Assembly (NCBI RefSeq): GCF_009914755.1
Contig: NC_060930.1
Reading direction: 5' to 3' (one strand)
Length of the DNA stretch: 64,000 nt
Origin: the human T2T-CHM13v2.0 reference genome, Homo sapiens
The notes under the pieces are model-generated. The model ran no database searches, was not told the DNA's origin, and was given only the letters and a program-made list of their open reading frames with translations. The position numbers and the translations under genes were made by a program. Shown piece after piece: positions 46,540-60,700 of the stretch. Positions within the stretch are counted from its first letter, which is position 1. The number at the start of each line of letters is the position of its first letter.

Positions 46540-49128
46540 TGCTTTATTAACTATCTCCACAATATCTATGGTCAAGCCCCTTTGGCTTCCTCTCTGTCAT
46601 TAGTGATAAGGGTCCCTGGCTTCTGGTGGTCAAGTGCAGCCATCTGGCCTCTATTACTTTAGGCCCGCATTGTGACCATGGATGTTAACAAGCTCAGCTC
46701 TGGATCTGCCTCTCCTGCCAAAAGCTCTGCCTGCAGAGGAGACCATCACTGAGCTTCTTCGTGATGCTTGTGAGGCTCCTTTCATCAGCACATTCCTGAT
46801 GACCTTGATGAATGCTGCATCCTCTGGTGGGTCTTCTGGCTTCACATTATATGTCCACTTCAGCATTCCCAGTCCTTAGCCTTTTAATTCCTTACTCTAC
46901 CTTTTGACAGGGAAACTCAGAAAGGGCCTTTGTTGTCTCCTGGCTTCTGAAGCCACCCTAGCCACAAATTTGCCTCATCTCCATTGGTCTTTTCCAGAAT
47001 GTTAAATCTCATGTCCCAGGAAAATCTCACCCAGTGAATGAATTCTTGCTTACCCAGTCTTACCTTCCCATCCCCTTGACCTTCAGAATGCAATGCCAGC
47101 ATTATCCCCCCCACCCCTGCCAGTGCATGTTAGCTAATTCTTGGAGCTCCTATGGGATGTAATCTCTTTCCTTCCTTATCAGATCCAGCATATCCCTAGT
47201 CAAGTTATACTGGGATTTATCCAGCATAGTTATCAACCTGGCTGTCAGGAAAGATGAATGTGGTTCCTGAGGGCACATCAGTTGCCTGGTTGAGAAGAGG
47301 CCTCTGTCACATTTTCCTCTACAGAGAAAGTGCTGGCTCTTACTTTGGAGGGGTGGGCCACCTCTACAAGCTCTGAGGGATCAGAAGGGTCTGCTGAGCC
47401 AAAATCTTTGAGGTATTTATCTAAATACCTTTATTCTGTGTTTCAGGGCACCAGGTTTTCTCAACAGACCCACCTTGAATGAGCACTTAAACGTCTCAAG
47501 CTCTGCAGCACTATAGAATGCTGAGTTTGCTCCTCACCTATATGTATATTTTTTATTTATTATGTCTCCTCCTCCAACTACAATGCTGGAATGTAACCTC
47601 CATCAAGGCAGAGACTTTGCTTTGTTTAATGCTCTATTTTTAGCACCTGTAACAATACTTTCTGCATTTTAGGCACTCTATTAAATGAGTAAATGAATGA
47701 ATGTGAAGATCTACAAAGGAGGGGTAAACTCTAATAGATCCACCCTAAGTGATTTTATGCAGCCATCAGGAACCCTCCCAAAATATTTTTAATAATTAGA
47801 GGTAAAGCTTATGTAATAATGTTAAGTGAAAAAAACTAGGAGAGGTACAACTACAACTATTCCAGCCATGAAAATAAGCTCCTATTGGGGAGAAAAAACT
47901 GGAAGGAAACATCCTAAATTATTCACAGTAGTGTTTGGGGAGTATATTTCGGCCCCTTAATTCTTCTGGTTGTATGTGAAGAAGCCCGAAAGAATCAGGA
48001 TAGGTCATCTGATTCAGGCTCCCTGTAACCCTGACCAGCTGCCAAAAGGAAAGTTGGACAGGCTTCCTTTTACCAAGGAGTATCAAAGAGAAGTCAAGGA
48101 CACCCTAACATCCATCCTACATTCATAGAAGCTATTCTGAGGGTAAAAGGTGGGTTTGGGATAGGGCAGAAACTGAGAATGCTAAAAATAAATGTTTTTT
48201 TCCTTTAGCATATGTTCACTATTACTTCAAGGGCTTCAAGAAGAAGTTTGGTCCTCACTTATGTCTGATATTAACTTCAAGGCAGTTCCCCAACTTCTAT
48301 AATCTGTCTAGGTCTCAACTGATAACTCATTATTGAAAGAATCCTCATGAGTCCCCAGTGGCATTAGATCAATTTTCTGGTATCCCTGGTATGAGCCATA
48401 AGCAAGGACTTGTCCTGTAATAGGCTGGAAGTAGATGATGAGAAAATCTATTTATCAATCCATTAAAAACAAATACCTACTTTGGCATGGAGACTATATA
48501 AAGGAATAAAAGACACCATCCTATCTTCATAAAGCTTGCAATTTATTTGAGTAGGTAAAATGCATAGAAATAGAATGGAAAAAACTTGCAGTTACTGCCA
48601 ATGAGATTTAAAGACAGTAAGGGCAAAAGTAATTCTGGGAAGGAACAGGGTTAGGGGCAGGCTTTTCCAAAGAGTTGGAATATGAGCTGGTTATAAAAGT
48701 TGAGTGAGATTTAGTAAGCAGAAAAGAATAGGCCAAGAGAGCCCAATAGGAAAGTGAAAGCCAACATAGGTAAGAAATGTAGAGTGCATCTGGGCCCAGA
48801 AACAGACTTTTTCTCAAGAACATTTGGAGTAAACCATTTTAATCAGAATTATATCAACATATTTATTTTATCTAGATAAATATTTCCTCAATTGGCAGTG
48901 TTAAACCATAAACAACATAGCATTTGCTTCCAACCCTATATCGCATTTCAACTTATTTAAATATTTTTCTTATGGATTATTTCTTTTCCTTGAACAATTT
49001 TAAATGAAGGTTAGATTCATTGATCAGCTTTTTCATATAAACTCTTTCCAGTTGTAGCTTCTGTCTTTGTGAGTTATTACTTCTCTCAAGTCTTCCTAGG
49101 TCACATTTGCAGATTTAAAAAAAATATC

Positions 49129-49429
49129 AGCAGGGTGCAGTGGCTCACGCCTGTAATCCCAGCACTTTTGGGAGGCCACGGCAGGCAGATCACCTGAGGC
49201 TGGCATTTTGAGACCAGCCTGATCAACATGGAGAAACCCCATCTCTACTAAGAATACAAAATTGCCAGGCGTGGCAGTGGGCGCCTGTAATCCCAGCCAC
49301 TCGGGAGGCTGAGACAGGAGAGAATCGCTTGAACCTGGGAGGCGGAGGTAGCAGTGAGCCAAGATCATGCCATTGCACTTCAGCCTGGGCAACAAGAACA
49401 AAACTCCGTCTCAAAAAAAAAAAAAAAAA
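49129..49429 (+). mobile_element. AluSp-like
   Basis: Full dimer; ATGGAGAAACCCC and CAACAAGAACAAAACTCC diagnostics. Confidence 0.9.
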
Positions 49430-50144
49430 TCAATAAGATTTTGTTCTTATGCTAATTTTTTTGTGAATAATATATTTAAACAAGAGCCGTTTTTAGCCAC
49501 TGTCAATTTTTTCCTTTTGATTATAAGATCTATTTTTTCTAGAATTAACTTCCAATTGTAGTACTACAATTTCAGAATTAACCAACTAACTATACTTTAT
49601 CAAATTATTTTTATCTATAATCCATTTTACACATGACATTTTTAGCCACTATTTTATTTTGAATTAAATATTTCTACCACTATTATTTATCTTGAATTAT
49701 AAAAAATACTGCTAATTTGCACTTATTTCTTAGCTGAAACATGAAAGTTTTGTAGGCTGTTCCCCTCAGATATCCTATACATTCTCTATTGCCCAAATTG
49801 TAATGCAAATGTACTATACGGCAAATCTAATTCTTCTATACACTTCTGATGTCTTTTTGTATCTTCCAGAGTTAAAGGTCCATGCCACTGTCAGAGCAAA
49901 AACCTGACTGCAAGCAACAGAAACTGACTCTGGCTGGTTTAAAAGATAAGTGTTTATTAAAGGGATATGGGGATAACTCTCAGAACCTTGGAGAAGACTT
50001 GAGAGCAGACAGCAGAACGGGTCTAGCCTGGCTGCCCAAACTATCAGAGGCACCAGGCTCTAGACTAGCTCTGCTGACTCTCCTGGCCTTGGACTCTTGA
50101 TGCCACCTCTAGCACCAGTGTCCCCTTTGTGCCAGGAGCCAGAT

Positions 50145-50503
50145 TGATATGGGTTGGCTGTGTCCCCACCCAAATCTTATCTTGAATTGTAGCTGTCATA
50201 ATCCCAATGTATGTGGGAGGGACCCAGTGGGAAGTAATTGAGTCATGGTGGATTTTCTCATGCTGTTCTTGTGATAGTGAGTAAGTCTCAGGAGATCTGC
50301 TGGTTTTATAAAGGGCAGTTCCCTTGCACATGCTCTCTTGCCTGCTGCCATGTAAGACATGCCTTTACTCCTCCTTCATCTTCCACCATGATTGTGAGGC
50401 CTCACCAGCCATGTGGAACTGTGATTCCATTAAATCTCTTTTTCTTTATAAATTACCCAGTCTCAGGTATTTCTTCATAGCAGTATGAAAATGGACTAAC
50501 ACA
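50145..50503 (+). mobile_element. THE1D-like solo LTR nested in an older MLT1-like LTR
   Basis: TGATATGG...GGACTAACACA; TSD CAGAT/CAGAC. Confidence 0.85.
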
Positions 50504-51554
50504 CAGACTATTGCAGTTGGCACCATCACCAGAGAAGACTTCCCGTGGTCTCTGATTCTTTGCATCCCTAGGTCTCAATTAGAAGGCTGGCGCAGGTGGG
50601 TGGGTGGGTCTTAGTGGTGAGGGCTGGGTCACATGCCTGCCTTCTTACTGCAAGAGACACTGGGGGAGCGAATGGAACACAGTTCCCACCCAGATTATAA
50701 AGGCAGAGGAATTACCCAGCACAGGAAGGGGCTTCATATCATGGCATAACAAAAAGAATGGCAAATGCCCATTAGACGATGAGAAGATCAGAGACAAAAT
50801 ATCCTGCCTTATTCAGCAGAATATCAGATGTGGCAGAGTGACCACAAATCCTGGACCTTAACTTGGGGGCTGTTCACCATAGAACTAACACATTCACTTC
50901 TCTGTGTTCCTTGCCAATCATCTGTGCAGGCTCTCAGGTAGTAGGCAAATTAAAAGATTAACTAAACTATCCAAGGTGGAAGTGGATACATGATCTTCTT
51001 CCACAGCAGATTTTAGCAAATGCTATAATCAAAATGTTCTTCTCTATATCTAGCAAATTTCCTGAATACTGCAACTGAATAACACACAGAATGGCTTCAC
51101 TGGTGTTGCTGTTAGAGCAATTGTGGCTTTAAGATTTAAATGGACAACTGCAAAATGTATATATTGGTTTTAAGTTAAGGTGTTTCTCTGAAGAGCTTTT
51201 TTATATAATAGTTCTCATTTAGGTATTTATTTTTTCATATGGTTGTTAAAAATCACACAGCTTGAATTAACATTGTATAATCATTTATATTTAATTTTAA
51301 GCATAATTTGATACAAAATGTAATCTTAAGTATTTTATACATAAAATAGATATGGCAAATAGCAATCTTTATACTAGTTAATTTCCATAATAGCACACAA
51401 GTCAGAGTGATTTTATACAACTGAAGATTACAGAATGCAAAACTTCAGGACTTAAAAGATCTTCACAGTCTTATTTTCAACATGACTGAATCTACTGTTG
51501 TAAGCCTCAAAACTACAAAATATTTTACAGTAGTGATTAAAGACAATATATATC

Positions 51555-51845
51555 GGCTAGGCATGGTGGCTCACACCTGTAATCCAGCACTTTGGGAGGC
51601 CAAGGCAGGTGGATCCCGAGGTCAGGAGTTCTAGACCAGCCTGGCCAATATGGTGAAACCTCATCTCTACTAAAAATACAAAAATTAGCCGGGCGTGGTG
51701 GCACACGCCTGTAATCCCAGCTACTTAGGAGGCTGAGGCACGAGAATTGCTTGAACCCAGGAGGTGGAGTTTGCAGTGCCGAGATCGTGCCATTGAACTC
51801 CAGCCTGGGCAACAGAGCAAGACTTCGTCTCAAAAAAAAAAAAAA
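51555..51845 (+). mobile_element. AluS, antisense to ROS1, between the proximal and candidate distal ROS1 poly(A) signals
   Basis: Full dimer; TSD-like AAAGACAATATATATC / AAAGATAATATATATATC. Confidence 0.92.
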
Positions 51846-52291
51846 ATTAAAAAAAGATAATATATATATCATTGCAGTAACAGCTTTCCAAGTGATTTCT
51901 CAAGTCACAGGTGCTGGTTTCTTCTGTATGTGTGAAATTATTTCTCATTTCCTTGGTCCCATTTGAGATTATCTGTAGTTCAGTTGACCCCCCTGAGCCT
52001 ACTCCTTAGCCTCTTCTTTATATCGCTGAACACACCTATTCTGTCTCTAAACATGTGGCCAAGATATTTTTATTACAGCCCAAACTGAAAGGTGGGTAAG
52101 AGCCTAAAGCACCTCAAGGGAGAAGGGAGAGCAGCGTTTCCCTTCCAGACTTCTGAGTCTTCCTAAGCTTTCCACATGCTTAGTGTTCATCTCATAATTC
52201 TACTGAAAGTCAGGCAGCTGGTATGGGGATTGCTACAACTGAAACCAAATGGCTCTCAGAACCAAGATTAGAAATCAGGAACGTTGCATTG

Positions 52292-52297
52292 TTTATT
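52292..52297 (-). terminator. ROS1: ROS1 proximal poly(A) signal; candidate distal signals at 51290-51295 (ATTAAA) and 51226-51231 (AATAAA)
   Basis: TTTATT on + (AATAAA on -) about 105 nt after the stop codon. Confidence 0.7.
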
Positions 52298-52402
52298 TGG
52301 AGTTATAGACCACCATGACATTTATCATTCTAGCAGAGTTTTCTTTCAGTAACTACTGAATGAGAGTGTTTATCTCAACTCTCTATTTCCCAAACAACGC
52401 TA

Positions 52403-52713
52403 TTAATCAGACCCATCTCCATATCCACTGTGAGTGAGACAGGCATAGTTCAGGCCTTCAGGCTTGCCAGAAGGGCAGTAAGCCACTTGTTTTTCTTGGC
52501 AGAAATCTTTGTCTGCATGTGGTTCCTTCTCTTCTTTCCTCAGACCACAAGATTCAGATTCCTGGGAGCCTAGAGGACCCTCAGACTTTTCTTCACCTTG
52601 GCCACATTCTGTAGCAAGTACCATATAGTTTAACCCTTCTCGGTTCTTCGTTTCCATTAAAGCAACTGGCATAATGTCATCTGAATTCAAACAAATCACA
52701 TCGCCATCTTCAC
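52403..52713 (-). CDS. ROS1: ROS1 receptor tyrosine kinase, last coding exon (C-terminal tail GEDGDVICLNSDD...THSGYGDGSD*)
   Basis: Minus-strand acceptor tttttttcacag|GT at 52714/52713; translation matches the human ROS1 C-terminus with both GLNY tyrosine motifs; TAA at 52403-52405; upstream exons lie beyond the window. Confidence 0.97.
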
Positions 52714-55700
52714 CTGTGAAAAAAATATGAATGTTATTCTAGCATGTATTTAATTATTTATTTGTAATAATATACAAGCTATATCAGAATTATAGCAACA
52801 CCAACTTTACACATTTGTTCAGCAAACATTTATGAAGACTACTAAGTGTTGGGAATACAAAGACAAATAAAACATGCTTCTTGTCCTTGAGGCTGCTGCA
52901 GTCTAGCAGGGAAGCAGACCATATAGATCTGCTATATGTATATATATGTCACCTATAGAAGGTGACATGCACTTTAATAAAGGAATATTTTTAAATGTAG
53001 TAGGAGCACAGGGGTGATTAACTCTGCCTTAACAAGCGGAGCAAGTCGTGGTCTTTGTGATAGGACTTAATTGGCCCTTAGAGGGCCCTTTTTGTCTAAA
53101 GTATGTACTTTTTTATACTTCCACAGCAACTGAAATATCTAATTTTAAAGATTGGTTTTTCTAGATTTAGTAATTTTGCTAAATTAATTGCTTAATGTAA
53201 TATTTACTGATGACTACTACATTCCAAGCCTGTGTTCTAGTTATTGATGGATATAGCAATGAATGAAAAACATTTCTACATTCAGCCCTGACACACATCC
53301 AGGTTTGATTTATTTTTAATGAACTTCAATTGAAATATGAGGAAAATACCATAATTTCAAAAGACTAAGGGAGGTACCAGTGTACCTATTTTTCCCAATA
53401 AAAATTTAATGGATCTACCTATTTATTAAGTTTAACACCTGAACTACAAAGCTTATTTTATAAGAACGTATGAACTACATCCCTTCTCCCCATATCATTA
53501 GGTATGCATCTCCTTTTTGCAGACCCTCCGAACTGCTGAAGAACAAGATAGCCAAGCTACAGGTTCACAGGCTCTTTGGTATCATCTAATTTTCCTCTTC
53601 ATTGTTCAAACATCATTATAGCATATTTCAAAACACATGAATAGTTAGATGTGTTGTAAAATTATCTCCCTAATAGAAAGAACTTCATCAGATGCCAAGT
53701 TTGGTTAGTACCTGGGTGTTGAACACCTGTGGAAGGTATTCAACACCTGTGGAAGGTATTCAACTGTTATGATTATTGCCAATATGCACTAATAGTCATT
53801 AAGATGCCCATAAGAATAACTTGGTATATGTAATAATAGCAATGGAAAATATTTTTAAATGTTAGGAAAAAATAAGATATTTAACTTTAAGTAGTACAGT
53901 AAACCAATAATTGGGGAAATTAGGATGTTCTTAATAGGCTTAAAGAAATCAGGCTAAAGGAAAGTTTAGAATTTCAACAAAAACTTAAATCTACAATATA
54001 GTCTACCCACTCATATCAGCTATTTCATTGTCATACATTTAATCCAAGAATGAGCATATTGGAAAACTTCCTACTAAAACATGATTTTAATTTTTTAAAC
54101 TTTTTTGCTTATTGAATTTTCTGAAAAATAATATTTTATATGAGGCAAATAAATTCTTTTTGCAAATTCTGTTGTTATGTGTCAAAGAAAAATCATTAGC
54201 TAACTACTTTATTGGTTTATAGTACTTGTAGCAATATTTAGTAACTTGACCCTGGCAAGCTTTCAGCAATTAGTACATCTTCTTGTTGCAAAAAGAGCTT
54301 ACAAGAGACTGCGATAGTAGAGATAGGTTGTCTTATTTGTTTGCTTTTGTTTAAAAATTATTTAATAAGTAGTCTATGGGTCAGATCTTAAGGCAGATAT
54401 CCTCAACAAAGATAGCATGCACTGGGCAACCTCTTTAAGAGAGAAATATTAAAATAAAGACTTCCAAGTAAGACGGGGTATTTACAGACTAGACATATGC
54501 CGGCTGACTGGCTATGTTTAGAACAGCAGAGGAGCATTTAGATTTGTTTCCTGTAGAACTCTCTGGGACTGATGAGGTGATGTTTACACAAATGTTTGGA
54601 TGAAGTCACTGGGATATTTTTACTAGATGCCCAGATATGTTACTAATCTTCTCTCTCTATCCCCTTTCCACCCCATTAGGTCAGTAGGACCACAGGATAG
54701 GCATGGTATTATTGCTCCCTGTTTTTCTAAGCACCCCCACTTCTTTGCTTTAAAAAGTCCTTTCAATAGCTTTTCTTCTCTACGTACATATCTCCAACAA
54801 CAACAATGAAGACAGTCATTTTATTGCTTTGCTAAATATGCCCACCAGTCTGCAAAGCAGTAAGCTATTATTAAACACATTATTTTTTATTGAAAAAATA
54901 ATTAAGTTTAGGTTTGCCTTGAAAGGTCTGTTGCACTATTTCTATCCTTTGCAGATATGCAAACTCCGCCTTTAATTCAGTTTTTTCTCTCTTCCCTGCC
55001 TTTCTTGCTCAGTCACAAACTCAATTATCAATTTAGTGATTTCCACATCTCTTTTCATTCCTTATCTTCAGGATTTACATTCATTGTAAATAACAGAACA
55101 GCAATTTCTCTTTTCCTAAAATTTTATTTCTGTCATGGCCCAGAAATGCTTGTTTCTTTCTAAATTGTTATAGTTTGATGATATTCCCTGTTAAATTCTT
55201 CCTGCATCATTACTTTGAATATTTGTCTGCTTCTCTATTGTTGGGAATATTACTTAGAATTTTAATTCTTTCTGCCAACAACTTGGTACCTAAATAGATT
55301 TGGTATAACCAGAAAAAAATGGTGTATATTTTCTAGCAGGTCATAAGTAATCATTGCTTTCATTATACCTAGCTGTGCAGTACACTATTGGTAACATAAC
55401 TGGGGATATTGTTTGGGCCATTTCCCTACTACAGCCAGGGATTTGTGAAGGCTGAGAGGAAAGGCTCAACAATGGAGACAAACTCTAGCCCTATTTCAGC
55501 AGTATGATTATGAGCAAGTCACTAAACCTCAGTTTTCTCATCTGTAAAATGGTGATATAGTAATATCCGCTTCATAAGGCTGTTATAAAGATTTAATGAG
55601 TTAACCTACATAGCACAGTGAGTGGCACATGGAAAAGTACTAAAATAAAATTAGCTACTATTCTAATTAAAAGCCTTTCACAGAGGTATTTTACTCTTTA

Positions 55701-55824
55701 TATTGAGTGTGAGCATTGTTTCTTACCTATCTCTGCCTCATAGATGAACTATGCAATGCAAAATGGTGAAAAGATTTTCTCAAGGGTCCGTGGAGACTTC
55801 AAGTAGAACCTAAGGTGAAGCTAA

Positions 55825-56180
<356 letters not shown>

Positions 56181-57774
56181 CTCTGTGACTTTTATAATGT
56201 ATCTTTGCACATTAGAAGGAAAGGATTCCATGAGCAAAGAGTTGAATTTTAGAATACAAGTCAACTGCAAAATCTGTGCAACCCTCTGGATTGCTTTACC
56301 TCTCTGCAGCATTTGTTCACTCTTTCCTTTCTAAGCCTCTCTCCTCTGGATTTCCATAACAACACTCCCTATGGCTTTCCTCTTCCCTTTCTGGCTGCTC
56401 CTCCCCATGTCCACCATCTTTGTAAGCCCCTCCTATACCGGCTGCTCTCTGGGTTCCACCCACTTGTCACTCTCTTCTTATTTCATACACTCTACTTTAA
56501 TGACCTAGTCTGCACCCTGGACTTCAACCATCTATATTTACAGGACAGACCTTTCAACTGAGTATGAACCCATATCTTGACTGTGTCCTGGACTTCTCCG
56601 CTTAGATATGCCAAGCCAACTCAAACCAAACATATGCAAAACTGTTCCTCTTCCTATGTTCCTCATCTCCAGGAATAGCGTTGATTTTTACCAACTTTCT
56701 CCTTTCTCTTTTTTACGCACTTAGTTGCCAAGTCCGATAGCATCTACCTCTGTGGTAACTCCGGACTCTTTTTTGTTCTCTCTACACCTGTTACCATTCA
56801 TTAATTCAGCTTTCATTACTTTTCATTCCTTACTTTTGATTAGTGTGACCAATAACCCTCCAATTTTATCACTTGCCACATTCTCATGTATAATAAACAA
56901 AGTGCAGTTCTATGAATACCTCATTCTCTATTATTCCCTGCCTTTCTACATGCTGCTTCTTCTATCCTGAAATACATAGGATACCTCAGCTTCTCTTTTT
57001 CATACCTAAGCTTCTAAGTAGGTCTCAGCTTAGATGTAACCTCCTCCCAATGGTTTTTCTTGACTCTCCCTCTGCCATAGTGTAGACTTGGCATCCTTCC
57101 TCTGGACTCCCACAGAACATGGATTTCTTCTCAATAACAACATAGAATGCTCATTTCCTGGATTCTGGCAGAAGATGTAATACAAAATCATCTTCTCACC
57201 AAATCCTTAAAAATAAGCTTATTTGTAAGAAAAAAATGCTGGAGAACCTACTACAGAATCTACAGCCCATGAATTCCTTTAGATTACCTAAATTTAGTAT
57301 CTGAATCCAGATAGTATATATACAAACATACATAAATGAGCATTTCTGTAAATGGCTATATATGCACATACAATATCTGCAAATATATAACCAAATTGTT
57401 AGCTCTGGCTAGCACTGGGGAGTGAGATAAGGATGAATTAGGAAACTTTTACTTTTTAGACTGCTTAAGTAATTTTATATTTTTTATAATAAACATAAAT
57501 TACTTTTACAATAAAGATCTTTAAAATGTAGATACAATTATAAAATAATACAGCAAGAACAGTTACTGAGATTACTGGAAAAGTTACAAGAAAAATAGAA
57601 AGGAATCAGAAGTCATTTTTATGGTTGTAAAATAACATAAAAATTGTTTTTAAACTTTTAAGAAGGTCATGATTGTGTTAATTAATAAAGTCTATAAAAT
57701 TATAGTCACAAAGAATTTGAGCCTTATCTGTCAAAAAATTTGAGCCTTATTTGTTGCTTTTAATGATAAGAGCA

Positions 57775-60700
57775 CGCTAATATCCCTGATGAACACAGAT
57801 GCAAAAATTCTCAACAAAATACTGGCAAGCCAAACCCAAGAGCACATGAAAAAGATAGCACACTATGATCAAGTAAGATTTATCCCAGGTATGCAAGGAT
57901 AGTTCAACAAATGTGTATATGTTGAAGACACATGATACATTACATCAACAGACTGAAAGACAAAAACCATATGATCATATCAGCAGAGGCAGAAAAGGCA
58001 TTTGACAAGATTTAGCATTCTTTCATAATAAAAGCTCTCAAAAAATTAGGCATGGAAGGAACATATCTCAAAATAATAGAGGTTATATATGACAAATCCA
58101 TAGCCAACATTGTACTAAATGGAGGAAAGTTGAAAACATTTTCTCTAATAACTAGAACAAGACAAGGATGGCCATTTTCACCACTCTTATTCAACATAGT
58201 ACTGTAAGTCCTAGCCAGAGCAACCAGGCAGGGGAAAGAAAATAAAAAGGCATCTCATAAAAGGCATTCACAGATAATATTATCTTATATCTAGAAAAAC
58301 CTAAAGATTCCACAAAATGTGTCTTCAACATATACACATATGTTGAACTATCCTTGCATCCCAGGGATAAATCTTACTTGATCATAGTATACTATCTTTT
58401 TCATGTGTTCTTGGATTTGGCTTGCCAGTATTTTGTTGAGAACTTTTGCATCTGTGTTCATCAGGGATATTAGCGTGCTCTTATCATTGAAACTCTGAGA
58501 TTTGATAAATAAATTCAGTAAAGTTTCAGGATACAAAATTAATGTACAAAAATTCAGTGCATTTCTATATACCAAAAATAATCTAGCTGATAATTAAATC
58601 AAGAAGGCAATGCCATTTACAAGAGCCACATAAAGAATGAAACACCTAGGAATATATTAACCAAGGAGATGAAAATTCTCTACAAGGGAAACTACAAAAC
58701 ACTGATGAAAGAAATTGTAGGAGGCACAAACAAATGGAAAAATATTCCATGCTCAAGGATTGGAAGAATCAATATTGTTAAAATGGCCATACTGCCCAAA
58801 GTTGTCTACAAATTCAATGCAATCCCTATCAAAATACCAATGACATTCTTCACAGAAATAGAAAAAAATCTGAAAATTTATATAGAACCACAAAAGACTC
58901 GGAATAGCCAAAGCTATCCTAAGCAAAAGGAACAAAACTCAAAGAATCACATTACTGGATTCAAATTATACTACAGACCTATAGTAACCAAAACAGCATA
59001 GTGCTGGCATAAAAACTCACACATAGATCAAAGGTACATATACAGAATGGAATACATAAAAAAGAACAGAATAAAGAACACAGAAATAAATTCACACACC
59101 TACAGTGAATTCATGTTTTACAAAGATGCCAAGAACATCTACTGGGGAAAAGACAGTCTCTTCAATAAATGCTGCTGTGAAAACTGGATATCCATATGTA
59201 GAAGAATAAAACTAGACCCCTATCTCTCTACATATACAAAAATCAAATAAAAATGGATTGAAGATTTAAATCTAAGACTTCAAACCATGAAACTACTACA
59301 AGAAAATACTGGGGAAAATCTCCAGGACATTGGTTGGGGCAAAAATTTCTTGAGCAACACCCCACAAGCACAGGCAGTCAAAGCAAAAATGGACAAATGG
59401 GATCACATCAAATTTAAAAAGCTTCTTCACAGCAAAGGAAACAATCAACAAAGTGAAGGGACAATCCACAGAATGGAAGAAAATATTTGCAAACTACCCA
59501 TCTGACAAGGGGTTAATAACCAGAATACATAGGGAGCTCAAATAACTCGATAGGAAAAAAGCTAATAGTCTGATCAAAAAATGGGCAAAAGATTTGAATA
59601 GACATTTCTAATAAAAAGAAATACAAATGGCAAACAGACATGTGAAAAAGTGCTCAACATCATTGATCATCACAGAAATGAAAACCAAAACTACATTGAG
59701 ATATCATCTCAGTCAAGTTAAAATGGCTTACATTGAAAAGACAGGCAAGACAAATGCTAGCAAGGATGTGGAGAAAGAGAATCCTCATACACTGTTGGTG
59801 GGAATGTAAATTAGTACAACCACTAAGAAGAACAGTTTGGAGGTTCCTCAAACAACTGAAAATAGATCTGCCATTTGATTCAGCAATCCCACTGCTGTAC
59901 ATATGCCCAAAAGAAAGGAAATCAGTACATCAAAGAGATATCTGCACTCCTATGTTTATTGCAGTACTGTTTACAATAGCTAAGATTTGGAAGCAACCTA
60001 AGTGTCCATCTGTAGATAAATGGATAGGCCAGGCTCAGTTGCTCACGCCTGTAATCCCAGCACTTTGGGAGGCAGAGGTAGGCGGATCACTTGAGGTCAG
60101 GAATTCTAGACCAGCCTGGCCAACATGGTGAAACCCAGTCTCTACTAAAAAAAATACAAAAATTAGCCAGGCGTGGTGGCACGTGCCTGTAGTCCCAGCT
60201 ACTCGGAATGCCGAGGCATAAGAATCGCTTGAAACTGAAAGGGGGAGGTTGCAGTGAGCCGAGATCATGCCATTGCTTTCTGGTCTGAGGGACAGAGTGA
60301 GACTGTCTCAAAAAAAAAAATAGACAAATGGATAAAGAAAATGTGGTATATGCATATAGTACAGTGGAGTACTATTCAGCTATAAAAAGAATGAGATCCT
60401 GTCATTTCCAAGAATATGTATGGAACTGGAGATCATTATGTTAAGTGAAATAAGCCAGGCACAGAAAGATAAATATCTCATGTTCTCATTTCTTTGTGAA
60501 ATATAAAAATCAAAACGATTGAACCCATGGAGACAGAGAGTAGAAGGATGGTTACCAGAAACTGGGAAGGGTAGTAAGGGACAGGGTGGGGGAGTTGGGG
60601 ATGGTTATTGGGTACAAAAAAGAGAAAGAATGAATAAGACTAAATATTTGATAGCACAATAGGGTAACTATAGTCAATAATAATTTAATTGTACATTTTA

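Larger units (their letters stand above)
44560..47480 (-). mobile_element. ERV-L class (HERV16/ERV3-16A3-like) internal gag-pro-pol remnant
   Basis: Gag-like PEDAAFIKVIRNVLMKGA; protease LDTGSEL; PLGPQPHPVVI...IGINIL; RT start SPFNS...SWRMSVEYHKL...AIPDVVYLLEYIN, in correct order on the - strand. Confidence 0.85.

Noticed and set aside
36547-48191. Isolated MEF2-consensus matches (36547, 47634, 48182)
   Set aside because: AT-rich 10-mers expected by chance; one lies in an L2-like repeat; no clustering
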